NCBI GenBank assembly: GCA_951406725.2
Contig: OX597822.1
Span: 45,384,001-45,448,000, forward strand
From: Octopus vulgaris
Lineage: Eukaryota
Length of the DNA stretch: 64,000 nt
Direction: 5' to 3'
Under the pieces are notes generated by a model, which had not been told where the DNA came from, did no database searches, and worked only from the letters and a program-made list of their open reading frames with translations. Position numbers and translations under genes: made by a program. Below are positions 26,623 through 40,084 of the stretch, in pieces (the stretch's first letter is position 1; the number at the start of each line of letters is the position of its first letter).

Positions 26623-27082
26623 TGTGTCAGTAACCCATGTATATTTTGGTTCATTTGTTTCTATATATTTCTATGTATTCACATCCTTGTTTACGCAGTT
26701 ACCAGCTTTTTCTACTAGTTAATGTGCATCACTCATACATGTGTGTGGAATCATCCAATGCAATTGAATAAATAGACATACTTGAATGTTTACTGCCTGG
26801 TGTCTGTTGATTTTATATCCTCTTCGTTTTCATATTTGCCCTATATATATATATATATATATATACACATTCACACACACATACACACACACACATACAC
26901 ACACACACACACACACGTTAATGTCGAGTAGGTTAGAATGAGTGCTCAACACTGCTTTAGTGGGTAAATATTTTTATTTGTGAATTAACAAGGCAACCAA
27001 TGGTTTCACGTCGAAGAGATCTCCACAATTATTCAAGCGAACCACTGGGGAATGTTAGCACTAATTTTCATTTATAGATATA

Positions 27083-27549
27083 GGCGCAGGAGTGGCTGTG
27101 TGGTATGTAGCTTGCTTCCCAACCACATTGTTTCGGGTTCACTCCCACTGCGTAGCACCGTGGGCAAGTGTCTTCTACTATAGCCTCGGCCGACCAAAGC
27201 CTTGTGAGTGGATTTGGTAGACGGAAACTGAAAGAAGCCCGTCGTATGTATATGTGTGTGCGTTTGTGTGTGTGTGTGTGTCTGTGTGTGTCTGTGTGTG
27301 TCTGTGTGTGTCTGTGTCTATGTTTGTCCCCCATCATCACTTGACAACCGATGTTGGTGTGTTTACGTCCCCGAAATTTAGTGGTTCGGCATAAGAGACC
27401 GATAGAATAAGTACTAGGCTTACAAAAATAGGTCTTGGGGTCGATATGTTTTAGTAAAGGTGGTAGTAAAGCATGGCCGCAGTCAAAAGGTGGTAGTAAA
27501 GCGTGGCCGCAGTCAAATGACTGAAACGAATAAAAGAATAAAAGAAAAG
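27083..27549 (+). mobile_element. SINE family A, full length
   Basis: Complete head, microsatellite and tail; 30-bp tandem duplication in the tail. Confidence 0.9.
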
Positions 27550-27579
27550 AATATATACATACATACATATATATATTTA

Positions 27580-27806
27580 GTGGGTGGCCCAAGAGTAGCT
27601 TTACAGTTATTCAAGTATCTCTTTCGCATTCATATCTTAACGGTTTAGACCTTAATCATAAAAAATATAAAACTATTATTCTCTACTAATTTAGTTAATT
27701 ACGTCAAGCTCGCTTTTCATTTTGTAAGATAGAAATTTAAATGAAATAAAATGTTTGTTTTAAAAGAAATTTAAAATGCCTACGTGATAACTTTTGGGCC
27801 ACCCTG
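27580..27806. mobile_element. Tc1/mariner-type MITE
   Basis: Left GGGTGGCCCAAGAGT and right ACTTTTGGGCCACCCTG, flanked by TA; AT-rich interior. Confidence 0.55.
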
Positions 27807-27809
27807 TAT

Positions 27810-27911
<102 letters not shown>

Positions 27912-27962
27912 TGCTAGCCACTACGCATTCTTTATTTTCTCTCCTTGTTTCTTTCTGTGTTC

Positions 27963-27998
27963 CTTTCTGTGGAAGAGCGTAGGCTCGAAACGTTAAAG
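27963..27998 (+). ncRNA. Minimal hammerhead ribozyme-like motif (core variant)
   Basis: CTTT-CTGTGGA-A-GAGC-GTAG-GCTC-GAAA-CG-TT-AAAG: perfect helices I and II, with a core A6-to-U change. Confidence 0.5.
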
Positions 27999-28086
27999 AC
28001 TTTTCCACTTCCCGAGCGTTATAATAATACATCTGTTTATTGTCTACACCACCTGTCTACGTCTTTTGTCTTCCTATATATACATA

Positions 28087-28122
<36 letters not shown>

Positions 28123-28127
28123 TGTAT

Positions 28128-28328
28128 ACTTGTTTCAGTCATTTGACTGCGGTCATGCTGGAGCAGCGCCTTAAATGGTGGTAGTCGAAGAAATCGACGC
28201 CAGTGTTTATTCTTTGTAAGGCCGGGACTTATTCTGTTGGTCTATTTTGCCGAACCGCCAGCTAACGGGGACATAAACACACCAACATTGGTTCAAGCGG
28301 TGGCGAGGGGGCAAACACAGACACACAC
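28128..28328 (-). mobile_element. SINE family A, 3' half
   Basis: CTTGTTTCAGTCATTTGACTGCGGTCATGCTGGAGC...; the matching 5' half lies at 30313-30476, beyond the Tc1. Confidence 0.8.
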
Positions 28329-28341
28329 AAATATGTATGTG

Positions 28342-28477
<136 letters not shown>

Positions 28478-28513
28478 CATACATACATACATACATACAT
28501 ACATACATACATA

Positions 28514-30101
28514 CAGTTGCGGACACAAGTAGGTATAAGTTTTTATCAAAGTTGTTTTATATTCTATAATTTTCACAGACAATACATACAATATTAATTG
28601 TTATTGTCTGAGATTTTGGTGTAATTTGAGAGGATAATACAAAAGTTATGGATGATTTAGGGATTTACTGCAAAACCCATGGCGGCCAAAATGATCAGAA
28701 CGGTTGCTTTTACTCCGTGTTTTAGTATATTTAACCGGTGAACTCTAATGATTTGAATTTGTTTACCTGACGGTTCGTTTACTAAACATTAGTAAGAGTA
28801 TCTGCAGTGTACTTTGTTAATATAATGCCACTTACTCCGTTACCAATTCGTCAGCAGATTATTAAGCTTCGAAAGAAGGATAATTTAAGTATTGGGTCTA
28901 TTGCAAAGATTGTTAACAAGTCAAAAAGTGTTGTTCACGGTATTCTTAAGGTCTTCATGATTGTGGTTCATGTGAAGCAAGAAAGTCTACAGGTAGGCCA
29001 AGAAAAACGACTAAGAGAGAAGATCGTGTTATGGTAAAGTTGGTTAAAAAGGACAGATTTAAAACTGCTGCTGCTGTTTCTCGGGAAATGAGCATTGTAC
29101 TGAAGAAAACTTTATTTCGAAAAACTGTGTCTCATCATTTAGTTGAACATTACCTACAAGCAAGAGCACCTGCAGTGAAGCCACTGATCAGCTCCAAGAA
29201 TAAAAAGTGTCGTCTTACCTTTTCAACCGAAAATGGGTTGTACTCTCAAAAAAAATGGCAAACGGTGCATTTCCGTGATGAATCTAAGTTTATGTTATTT
29301 GGCTCAGATGGGAAAAGGTACGTTCGTCGAAAAGTAGGTGAAAAATTGTCGCCTAAATGCCTTAAGACTAGTGTTAAATTCGGTGGAGGAAGTGTCATGG
29401 TTTGGGGGATGATATCTGGAGATGGTGTGAGCCCTTTGGTGAGATTACATGGAAAGGTAAATGCAGGAGTTTATAAACAACTTGTAAAAGATCCTGTCTT
29501 GCCTGTGCTGAGAAATTCAACTAAGCGATCACCCATATTCAGACAGGACAATGCCCCATGTCACAAGGCTAAGGTGGTCATGAACTTTCTCAAGGCTGAA
29601 AAGATTATTGTTATGGATTGGCCTGCTCAAATCCCAGATCTTAATCCTATTGAAAATGTGTGGAATGTTCTAGGAGAACGTTCGAAAGCCAGAAATCCTA
29701 AAACAACCGAGCAATTATGGAATGCCCTTCAGGAGGAATGGAATAAGATCACCCAGCAAGAAATTGAAAGTTTAATTTCCTCATGCAGTCGAAGATGTCA
29801 AAATTTGATTTAAGCTAAAGGGCTTCACACTAAATATTAAATAATTCCAGTATTCTCTGTCATTTTTGATTATTTTGTTATTTTTTTCAACCGTTCTGAT
29901 CATTTTGGCCGCCATGGGTTTTGCTAAATCATCCATAACTTTTGTATTATCCTCTCAAATTACACCAAAATCTCAGACAATAATAATAAATATCGTATTT
30001 ATTGTCTGTGAAAATTATAGAATATAAAACAACTTTGATAAAAACTTATACCTACTTTTCTGACGAAAAAAATGCCGTTCTGAACATTTTGGCCGCAACT
30101 G
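28514..30101 (+). mobile_element. Tc1-family DNA transposon, IR/DR type
   Basis: TA-CAGTTGCGG...CCGCAACTG-TA ends; about 200-bp TIRs (28514-28706 and 29888-30101) with internal direct repeats GCGGCCAAAATG(A/T)TCAGAACGG. Confidence 0.95.
28825..29840 (+). pseudogene. Tc1 DD34E transposase (frameshift near 28960-29030; premature stop at 29811)
   Basis: N-terminal HTH (LSIGSIAKIVNKSKSVVHGIL), FRDESKF, KFGGGSVMVWG, QDNAPCH and PDLNPIENVW with 34 residues between D and E; the C-terminal AKGLHTKY follows the stop. Confidence 0.93.
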
Positions 30102-30142
<41 letters not shown>

Positions 30143-30147
30143 TAATA

Positions 30148-30273
30148 GGCCTGCTCGCTTAGCCAGCGGGGTGGCGTCATTTGAAGGCTAAAACAATGCG
30201 AAGCGCATTGTGACCAGCGACGTGTAGCAACATTTAATAGCCTGGTCGGTCACGTGATCACGTGATCACGTGA
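30148..30273 (+). mobile_element. SINE tail Y fragment ending in (CACGTGAT)3
   Basis: Reverse complement of 11921-12025. Confidence 0.75.
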
Positions 30274-30312
30274 TATGTATGTATTTGTATACATGTGCGT
30301 GTGTGAGTGTAT

Positions 30313-30474
30313 ATACGATGGGCTTCTTCCCGTTTCCGTCTACCAAAACCACTCATAAGTCTTTGGTCGGCCCGAGGCTATGGTAGAAAACACTTGCTCA
30401 AGGTGCTACACAGTGGGACTGAAACCGGAACTATGTGGTTGAGAAGCAAGCTTCTTACCACACCGCTACGCCTG

Positions 30475-30476
<2 letters not shown>
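30313..30476 (-). mobile_element. SINE family A, 5' half
   Basis: Reverse complement CGCAGGCGTAGCGGTGTGGTAAGAAGCTTGC...GGTAGACGGAAAC. Confidence 0.8.
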
Positions 30477-30556
<80 letters not shown>

Positions 30557-31008
30557 AATATTATGTTACAATTACTCAATAGTCAAGAGTTTCAGATGCC
30601 GAAGTGGAAATCCACAACACCATCTCTTCGGTTATCTGGCCATCTGAAAAACGTTATGAAAAATACCGTTATATAAAGGGAAATTACTGTGTTATAATTC
30701 CGCTACTTATATAAATTAAGATTAAAAGTTCATAGTAAACACGTAAACATGGCTACTCATACGCTCACATGTGCGCTCGCGGACCAACGTGCGTACTTAT
30801 ACGTCACTATGAAAACGTACACATCTTCACTCGCATTTTTCGCGAAATGTATACGCATATATATACAAACTCATGCACACACACGCGTACCGCAAAAGTT
30901 CATACATACGTCTATATACGCACAAGCACAAGAAAAAACAAATTTCCTCTATTTACATAATATTGAGGTCTCTTTCTTTCTTTTTTGTTATCTTACCGTT
31001 TTTACCAA

Positions 31009-31056
<48 letters not shown>

Positions 31057-31094
31057 TATATATATATACGTGTAGGTGCTCGCGTGTATATGTG

Positions 31095-31312
31095 TTTGTG
31101 CCCGTGTTTCTCCCCCACCACCGATTGGCAACCGTGGTTTGTGTGTTTACATCACCGTGTCTTAGCGGTTCGGCAAAATTACCCGATAGAAGGCTTAGAA
31201 TACCAGGCTTAGGAAGAAATTTTAAAACTAAGTACTGGCATCGATTCCTTCTTGAAGATGGTGCCCCAGCACGGCCGCAATCAAATGGCTGAAACAAGTA
31301 AAAGATAAAAGA
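31095..31312 (+). mobile_element. SINE family A, 3' half
   Basis: CTTAGCGGTTCGGCAAAA...CCCAGCACGGCCGCAATCAAATGGCTGAAACAAGTAAAAG. Confidence 0.75.
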
Positions 31313-31392
31313 TATCGTTTCTCGGGAGTGATGCCGGATGTCTTTGTAATTTCAAGCAGCTTCTTGCATTCTGTTTCGTTGTGGCTGCGGCA

Positions 31393-31436
<44 letters not shown>

Positions 31437-31889
31437 GGTGGTGGTGGTGGTGGTGGTGGTGGTGGTGGTGGTGGTGGTGGTGGTGGTGGTGGTGGTGGTG
31501 GTGGTGGTGGTGGTGGTGGTTGTTAGGCGGCGGCGGCGGTGGTGGTTATAGTGTTGTAGTTTTTGCTATTGCTCTTGCTGTTGTTGTTGTTGGTTGTGGT
31601 GGTGGTGGTAGTGGTGGTGACGATGATGATGATGATGATGAAGATGGTGGTGGTAGTGGTGGTGGTGTTGATGGTGTTAGTGGTGGTGGTGGTGGTGGTG
31701 GTAATGATAATGGGGATGATGATGATGACGATATGGTGGTGGTTGTGCTGCTGATGGTGTTAGTTGTGGTAGTGGTAATGATGATGATGAGGAGGAGGAG
31801 GAGGAGAAGGAAGATGTGGTGGTGGTGGTAATGTTGATGATGATGATGATGATGATGGAGGTGGTGGTAATAGCTGTGATGACAATGAT

Positions 31890-32065
31890 ATATAGCGGTA
31901 TTTCGTCTGCCGTTACGTTCTGAGTTCAAATTAAGCCAAGGTAGACTTTGCCTTTCATCCTTTCGGGGTCAACTAAATAAGTACCAGTTACGCGCTCGGG
32001 TCGATGTAATCGACTTAATCCCTTTGTCTGTCCCTTCATTGTTTATCCTCCTGTGAGCAATAAAG
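31890..32065 (+). mobile_element. SINE family B, 5'-truncated
   Basis: AGCGGTATTTCGTCTGCCGTTACGTTCTGAGTTCAAATT...CTTTGCCTTTCATCCTTTCGGGG. Confidence 0.75.
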
Positions 32066-32486
32066 AAATAGATATATGTGATGGTGATGGTGGCGGTGAT
32101 GGTGATGGTGGCGGTGATGGTGATGGTGGCGGTGATGGTGATGGTGCTACAGTAATAAAACACATGAAGCCGTTGGCCACACCTAGTTTGGTAAAGAGAC
32201 GAGAGATGGCTGCCAAAGTGTGGACAGCGTGGGTGGTGCGATCGGGTGGGAGTATGAGGTGAAGAGAAGTTATGCCGAAGAGTCGTCGTCGTCGTCATCA
32301 CCATCATCATCATCATCATCACAAGCTTAACTCTTGTCGTCATCGTAATTCTCATTATTACCATCATCATTATCATTACCGTCTTCATAATCATTATCAC
32401 TATCATCATCATTATTATCAATCTTCGTCACCAGCGCCATCATCGCCACTTCCATCATCATCATCATCGTAATCATCATCATCCTT

Positions 32487-32518
<32 letters not shown>

Positions 32519-33569
32519 TATCATCATCATCATCATCATCATCATTACCATCAACATCATCCTCTTCACTATCGTTTTGATCATCAATGTCATCAACAAC
32601 AACAGCAGCAGCAGCAGCAGTAGTCTTGCTACTATATTTAGTAACCACAATAAAAAAAATTATTGACGACAATCAATAAAATATGACATCAAGAGAAATG
32701 AAAATTATATTTTTAAAAAAATAAGAACAAAAGTTATGAAAATAAAAACGGGGCAAAAACAGTAAAAAAAAACATCCAGAAGACATTTTCATCATAAAAC
32801 AACCGAAATAAAATAGCATTGTCAACATCAATAACAACAACAACAGCAACAATAACAACAACGAATCAAATATGGCGTCGAAATTAAAAACTTCAGTAAC
32901 AACAACAGAAGCAGAAGCAAAAACAAAAACAAAGATAGAATACAAAAAGAACACTAGAAACAACTACAAGCAAGAAGAAGAAGATTGAGATGAAGTCCAC
33001 AACAATAACAAAATCTACAACAAAATCCGCAAGCTCGCTTTTTGGGTTCGATCTCATTGCGCATCACTTTGGGCGAATGTGTTTTCTGTTGTAGCCACGA
33101 CTAGGCCAGCGTCTTGTGAGTGGATGGAAACTGTATGGAATCCTGTCGTGCTTATATAGGTAGTACGTACGTATATGCATACATGCATGCATGAATACAT
33201 ACATACATGCATGTATACATACATATATACATGCATTCATACATACATACGTAAATATATACATACGTACATGCATGCATGCATGCATACATACATATAT
33301 AAACACATACACATATGCATACGTACATACCTACATACATGCATTCATACATACATACATAAATATATACATACATTCGTGCATGCATACATACATACAT
33401 ACATGCATACATACATGCATGCAAACATACATATATAAACAAACATACATACATACATACATACATACATACATACATAGTACATACCTACATACATGCT
33501 TTCATACATACATCAATATAGACATACACACTTAATATACATATATGTGTGTATGTGTGTGTATGTATG

Positions 33570-33616
<47 letters not shown>

Positions 33617-34074
33617 AGAGTATATATTTATGTGTCTGTGTGTCTATGTATGTGTGTAAGGAGAGGAGAGAAAAGAAAAAGGAAGAAGAAATTGGAAGAA
33701 AGAAGAGTGATAATGTGGACGAGTGATCCATATAATCCCCACTGATAGCCGAGTCCGTAAAAGGAGCTTACTATGGATTTGGCTATCACTGGCAATTCAG
33801 GATCGCTAGTTATTCTCCAAATCATCCCTCTTTTTCCTTCCAACTATATGTTTTCGCCTTCTTCTTCTTCTTCTTCTTCTTCTTCTTCTTCTTCTTCTTC
33901 TTCTTCTTCTTCTTCTTCTTCTTCTTCTTCTTCTTCTTCTTCTTCTTCTTCTGCGTGTGTATATATGTGTGTGATTATTCAGTTTATTTCAGGATGTCTT
34001 GCCAATAGAGAAAGAACCGGTTTCTAACCTAGATCCAAGGCTCCTTCATTGGAATTTCAACATCGTATGTATGT

Positions 34075-34400
34075 ATGCATTTGCATTTTATGTGTGTGAT
34101 TTGTGGGCGGAGATATTTGAGTCGTGCAGGCCTGGTGAGCCATCAAAATTCTCATAAAAATCGACCCAAGATAAACAATGATGTGGCTGTTAAAATTCAT
34201 AGCAGAACAGGTGTAAAATGTGGAAGGGTGTGCCTCTCAGTTGGAGGTCTAAAAAAGATATGTTAACAGAGTGCATGTGGTGGCACCTGCTTCTCCTGCC
34301 AGCTAGCACAGTTGTCTAGTATGTAATAAAATGTGTAAAAGCTTGACCGGGCTTAAATGTCATATAAGGGCATCACATGGCCACAATCATGAATCATTTC
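34075..34400 (+). pseudogene. C2H2 zinc-finger-coding remnant, probably an RTE LINE C-terminus
   Basis: CVICGRRYLSRAGLVSHQNSH; KCGRVCLSVGGLKK; and, after stops or frameshift, CLVCNKMCKSLTGLKCHIRASH. Confidence 0.65.
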
Positions 34401-34469
34401 AGTAAGTCTTCTTGGCAATGGCTTTTCTCGTGTAACGAGGATGCAGCTGTGATGGATGTATGTAATTCA

Positions 34470-34820
34470 AATAATAAAATACCTTTTGTTTAGCTCTCCA
34501 GCAATGTCCCGCAAAATGCAAACGCCTTTTCCTTATAAAGGCGAAAACAGGTTGGAAATTTCCATACAGCTGTTTCTTACTAAGATGAATTCTTCAGTAT
34601 ATGTTTAAGACTGCTCTTAACATTCGGATGTAAGTTCCATCTAGCCTGGATTCCAGTTTTTTGGTAAGCATCCAGGCTGTTGTTCCTTATAAAAGGACTG
34701 ACTCTACTGTTGCTCTGAAAAAATCCCTAAGGTTGTCTAACGAGGTTGATTTCCAGTCAATATCCTGTTTGTTAAGGGTCGACCATGCTTTGGCTGTCCG
34801 AGTTTTTACATCTTTTTCAA
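34470..34820 (-). pseudogene. RTE-like LINE C-terminal fragment
   Basis: EKDVKTRTAKAWSTLNK...FFRATVESVLL*GTTAWMLTKKLESRLDGTYIRMLRAVLNI...QLYGN...RKRRLHFAGHCWR. Confidence 0.85.
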
Positions 34821-36069
34821 TGATCAGTTTTCTTTCCCTTAGGAATTACAAATATTTGCTTCTCATTGACTCATTCAGCTGAGTTCTTCTGCTCCATCCC
34901 TATCGCATTAAACATAAAAGAATAATTCACTGGATGGTGTAATCTTAAGTACACTGAGTCTAAAATACAAATGAAGATGCGATAGGGATAGTCATGGTTC
35001 GAACGCCTTTGATCACAGGTTTATCATCAATGAGAAGACTGGGCGCCGAACAACAGCAATGACAATCTTAAACAGAGCATTCCACAGTTGCTGTATCTCG
35101 ACATAAATATCAGTCCTTCCCTTGGTTTCATTAAATCGCCAATACCTCAATCCCAACATTGGTACGAGCCAGGTACTGTGCTTCCTTTAATCGTTAACCC
35201 ACGCATGTCTGCTTCAGCTCCTATGCGAATACCAGCCATTTACTGGGCTTGAGTCAACTGCCAGCAACAATCACTTCAGCTCCATTTTTTTCAGACAATG
35301 CAAAGTTATGTCATCTTGAGCCACTAATAAAATGCATTAACGATATTACATCCCATGCGTCGACTTTGATTTCAGACATACTGTCACTAGAGCCGATCTC
35401 GCTGTTTCGACAGTGAACAGCCATTTTGTTTTTTTGTTGTTGTTTTTTTCTACATCGGCCATTTTAATCCTTGGTAAACGCTTAAAGCCACTCACTGACG
35501 TTATCATGTGTGGCAAACAGCAACCAATTTGTTTCCTATATACGTTAGTTTTGGTCACCATTGTTGTTGCTATTGCTCTTCTCGTTGCTTTGCTAGGTCT
35601 TGTTGTTGTTATTCATATTCTTGTTCATGTTAATGTCGTTCTCCTTCTTTTTCTTCTTCTTCTTCTTCTTCTTCTTCTTCTTCTTCTTCTTCTTCTTCTT
35701 CTTCTTCTTCTTCTTGTACTTCTTGCTTATGCTGTCGGCCGTTTTATCGAAGTAAACGCTTCTACACTGTGATATCCTGATATCTCGACACAGCGAGACA
35801 TCTGATTGGCTGTCAGATATGTCATTTTGTCACCGTAATGCATCGGACGTTGCGACATCACGTGCTTGGTTGCGTTAGCTTTATTCGTTTATTTATTTGT
35901 TTGTTTATTTATTTATCTTATTTTTATTTCTGTATTTTTTGACAGGGGACATTTTTACCGTAGGCAATATCTCCATTGCTGTAGAGGAAACTACATATAT
36001 ACACTTTGATATATATGTATATGTGTGCGACTGAGTGCATATGCATACATACATACATACATACATACA

Positions 36070-36103
<34 letters not shown>

Positions 36104-36108
36104 CATAT

Positions 36109-36167
<59 letters not shown>

Positions 36168-36476
36168 TGTATGCATGTATATCATTTGTTTACATATATA
36201 CAAATATTTATATGAATATATACGTATGTATATATATATATATATATACGCATAAATGCATATGTACATGTACCTACATGCACACACACACACACTCAAG
36301 TAGGTGTATATACTCAGGTATTGGAAAGATGTGTGCATATGTATATGGATGTATATATATATATATATATATAATGGTAATATAATTCCACACACATGAC
36401 TATGAATGAATGTGTGTTTGGGTGCATATATATATATATATATATACATATATTTTATATACACACATATTTATAA

Positions 36477-36550
<74 letters not shown>

Positions 36551-36599
36551 TAACAGACATATACATTAATACACACACAGGATCGACTCACTAACACAC

Positions 36600-36667
<68 letters not shown>

Positions 36668-36756
36668 AAATCATGACTTTGTTTTAGGCATTGCGACTAT
36701 ATAGGCATGTCTACTTGAATTTTATCTGTGTGGGTGTGTCTGTCTGTGTGTATGTG

Positions 36757-36860
<104 letters not shown>

Positions 36861-37333
36861 TGTATATGCGACCGTCCGTCCGTGTGTTTTGTGTGTGTGC
36901 TGTAACATGATAAAAGGAAAGACTGGCTAAGTGACTAGCGCGCTGTTTTGCTGGCTAGCTGTCTCTCCGGCGTGGTGTTTGTATGGATGGACGGAAGTAT
37001 GGAAACAAGCAGGGGAAGAGCGCTTGATAATTTTTCGTTCTATATGCAGATCTACATAAGCTTCGAGTTTGAATGCATCAGAACAGCACCTGTCTCTTTA
37101 TGCAGTGACATTCAAACTGAAGTTGTAGGACGACAGCACAGAAGTATGGCGACATCACACACACACACACAAACACACACACAGACACACACAAACACAC
37201 ACACAGAGTCACACAGAGTCACACAGTCACACGAACATATGTACATATACATACACATACACAGACATGTATTTATATACACACAGTATGCGTAATGGGA
37301 ATATATATATATATATATGTATATGTATATATA

Positions 37334-37379
<46 letters not shown>

Positions 37380-37398
37380 TACACGCACTTATATATAC

Positions 37399-37440
<42 letters not shown>

Positions 37441-37519
37441 ACATATATATATATACACATATACACATGTATATATGTATATCTATATATATACAAATAT
37501 GTATATATTTATATATATA

Positions 37520-38155
37520 CTAGCAGTATCGCCCGGCGTTGCTCGGGTTTGTAAGGGAAATAACTATATAAGCATTTTTAGAGAGTTATAGCCAAAAAAT
37601 AGCAAAAAATGCATTAAAAATGGAAAAAATATGATGGTAATTTTTTTTTAAATCGTTGACTCATCGTAGACATTTTTAGAGAGTTACTTCCCTTATATAA
37701 TAGCGAAAAAATGCATTAAAATGGAAAAAAAACGATGGTAAATTTTTTTTTAAATCGTAGATTCATGTAGACGCTTTCTTAGCCATTTCTGTTTTGGTGT
37801 CTTCAAGCCATGAAGTCGTTGTTCTAAAAGAACACTGGTCTCCTTGACAACGCATTACGACGTTGATTTCCTTACACTCCCTTCCCCACAGGTGCAGGTG
37901 TGAGCGTGGACGCCAACTCCGCCGCCATCGACACACGAAAAATTATGCATTAAAATGGAATAAAAAATGATGTTAAATTATTTTTAAAATCGTAGACTCA
38001 TCGTAGACGCGCGCTAATATTCAGACGGGCTCGATATAAATCACGACTATAAGCTACCCGAATTTGGTTAAACTGTACCGCAAAATGTGGGAGTAGTTAG
38101 GAATCTAAATCGAAGGGGACAGACACTCACACAACTACAGTTTTATATATATAGA
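37520..38155 (-). mobile_element. Non-autonomous Helitron
   Basis: The minus strand begins TCTATATATATAAAA and ends with hairpin CCCGAGCAACGCCGGG followed by CTAG; inserted between A and T, no TSD. Confidence 0.85.
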
Positions 38156-38169
38156 TATACATAGCGCAG

Positions 38170-38540
38170 TAGTGGTGAGATATGACAGCAAAGAAAAGCA
38201 TACATTCACTCTCTGCATGCAATTAGACTCGGAAAGTTCATGAGGAACCCATTGACCCAATTTGCTGACTTTTCCGATAGCACACAGGTGTCAATGAATG
38301 GTTGAATGACCAAATCCAAGCTTCTCTGCTAGTTCCTCAACAGTTACGATGATATTTTGTTCCACCAGGGTTTTCAGGATGTCCTTGTCGAGTTCTACAG
38401 ATCTTTCCGGATGAGGCTCGTCTTCTAGGCTGTAGTTTATGGCTCGGGATTTCTGGAACCACCATTGACACTGCCTTACGCTTATTGTCCAATCCCCATA
38501 TACTGCATTACTATTTCTTGTACTTTGCACACGTTTATAT
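38170..38540 (-). pseudogene. mariner transposase N-terminal fragment
   Basis: NAVYGDWTISVRQCQWWFQK...SLEDEPH...TVEELAEKLGFGHSTIH*HL..IGKVSKLGQWVPHELSE. Confidence 0.85.
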
Positions 38541-38843
38541 TCTGTTATTCTTTTATATGTTTCAGCCTTGAGGTTGTGGCCATGCTGGATCATGTGTGTG
38601 TGTGTGTGTGTGTGTCTATCTGTCTGTCTGTCTGTATGTATATATGTATATGTATGTGTGTGAACAATAATATTTTCAACAGATGTGTTCCAAATGTATC
38701 TGATTGTTCTCAAGCTTCAATACTGTGTGTGTGTGTATGTGTGTGTGTGTATGTATGTATGTATATGTATGTATGTATGTATATGTATGTATGTATGTAT
38801 GTGTGTATGTATGTATGTGTGTGTGTATGTATGTGTGTGTGTA

Positions 38844-38878
<35 letters not shown>

Positions 38879-39341
38879 ATGTATGTATGTATGTATGAGT
38901 GTATGTTTACTTTATTACTAATTACTCTCTTCCAAGAACATTTTCACTCACTCTTAGCTCTTAGCTTCCCATACATTTTACTCATATATCTATCAGCGTC
39001 ATAGACAGAATACTTTCACTTTAGTCTTCCTCAAATCACTCTGTCGCTATTTACTTTCATTTTATTCGTTGCCCACTGTGTGTGTGCGTTTGCGTGTGGT
39101 GTAAACCAGACTAAGAAAAGCATTTGACACACACACCAGAATGTGAGTTTTCTGTAAATTTTGCTTAATTGGAGTTTAAATTTTAAAAACTGGACCTGGC
39201 ATGACGCGATGCATTGTACTCTCAAAAATGCCAGGTAAATTGTAATTGAAGAAATCCTATATTGTAGATTTGTATAACTCCCAAAGGGAGGCAGATAAAA
39301 TCTGCCTTTTATAATAAGAGATGTATGTATGTGCATGTATT

Positions 39342-39383
<42 letters not shown>

Positions 39384-39811
39384 ATACATACATGTGTATT
39401 AGCGTTTCTTCTGTGGACAATATAAACAACCATTTTTAACGACAATAACATTCATAATAAATCATCACCATCATCGCACATCAGCATCCCCATCATCATC
39501 ATCATCTTCATCATCGTCATCGTCACTATCATCAGCTACATTGTGGCCATTACCACAATTATCGTCGCAGTGGTGGTGTTGGTGGTGGTGGCGGTGGTGG
39601 TGGTGGTGGTGGTGGTGGTGGTGGTGGTGGTGATGGTGATAGTGATGGTGGTGGTGGTTGTAGTGCTGCTGCTGTTGTTGCTGGTTCTCAATGTCGTTGT
39701 CTTCATCATCATCATCATCATCGTAATTGTCGTCGTCGTACCAGTCTACATTGTAAACGTTGTCGTCAACGTTGTCGTGATTATTTTTATCATTATTATT
39801 ATTATTATTAT

Positions 39812-39873
<62 letters not shown>

Positions 39874-39950
39874 TCATTCATATAAATATCCTCATTATTA
39901 TTCGTATGCGATATTATATTTGTAATTGTGTGTTTGTACATCTAATCAGA

Positions 39951-40006
<56 letters not shown>

Positions 40007-40024
40007 CACACACACATACATACA

Positions 40025-40084
<60 letters not shown>

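Noticed and set aside
34561-34602. Hammerhead-like CTGAAGA...GAAA-CAGCTG-TA on the minus strand
   Set aside because: It lies in frame within RTE coding sequence (LNIY*RIHLSKKQLYGN) and the helices pair poorly, so it is coincidental.
39193-39308. Short inverted repeats ACCTGGCAT/ATGCCAGGT and AGGCAGAT/ATCTGCCT
   Set aside because: Stems of 8-9 bp are expected by chance at this scale, and there is no supporting context.
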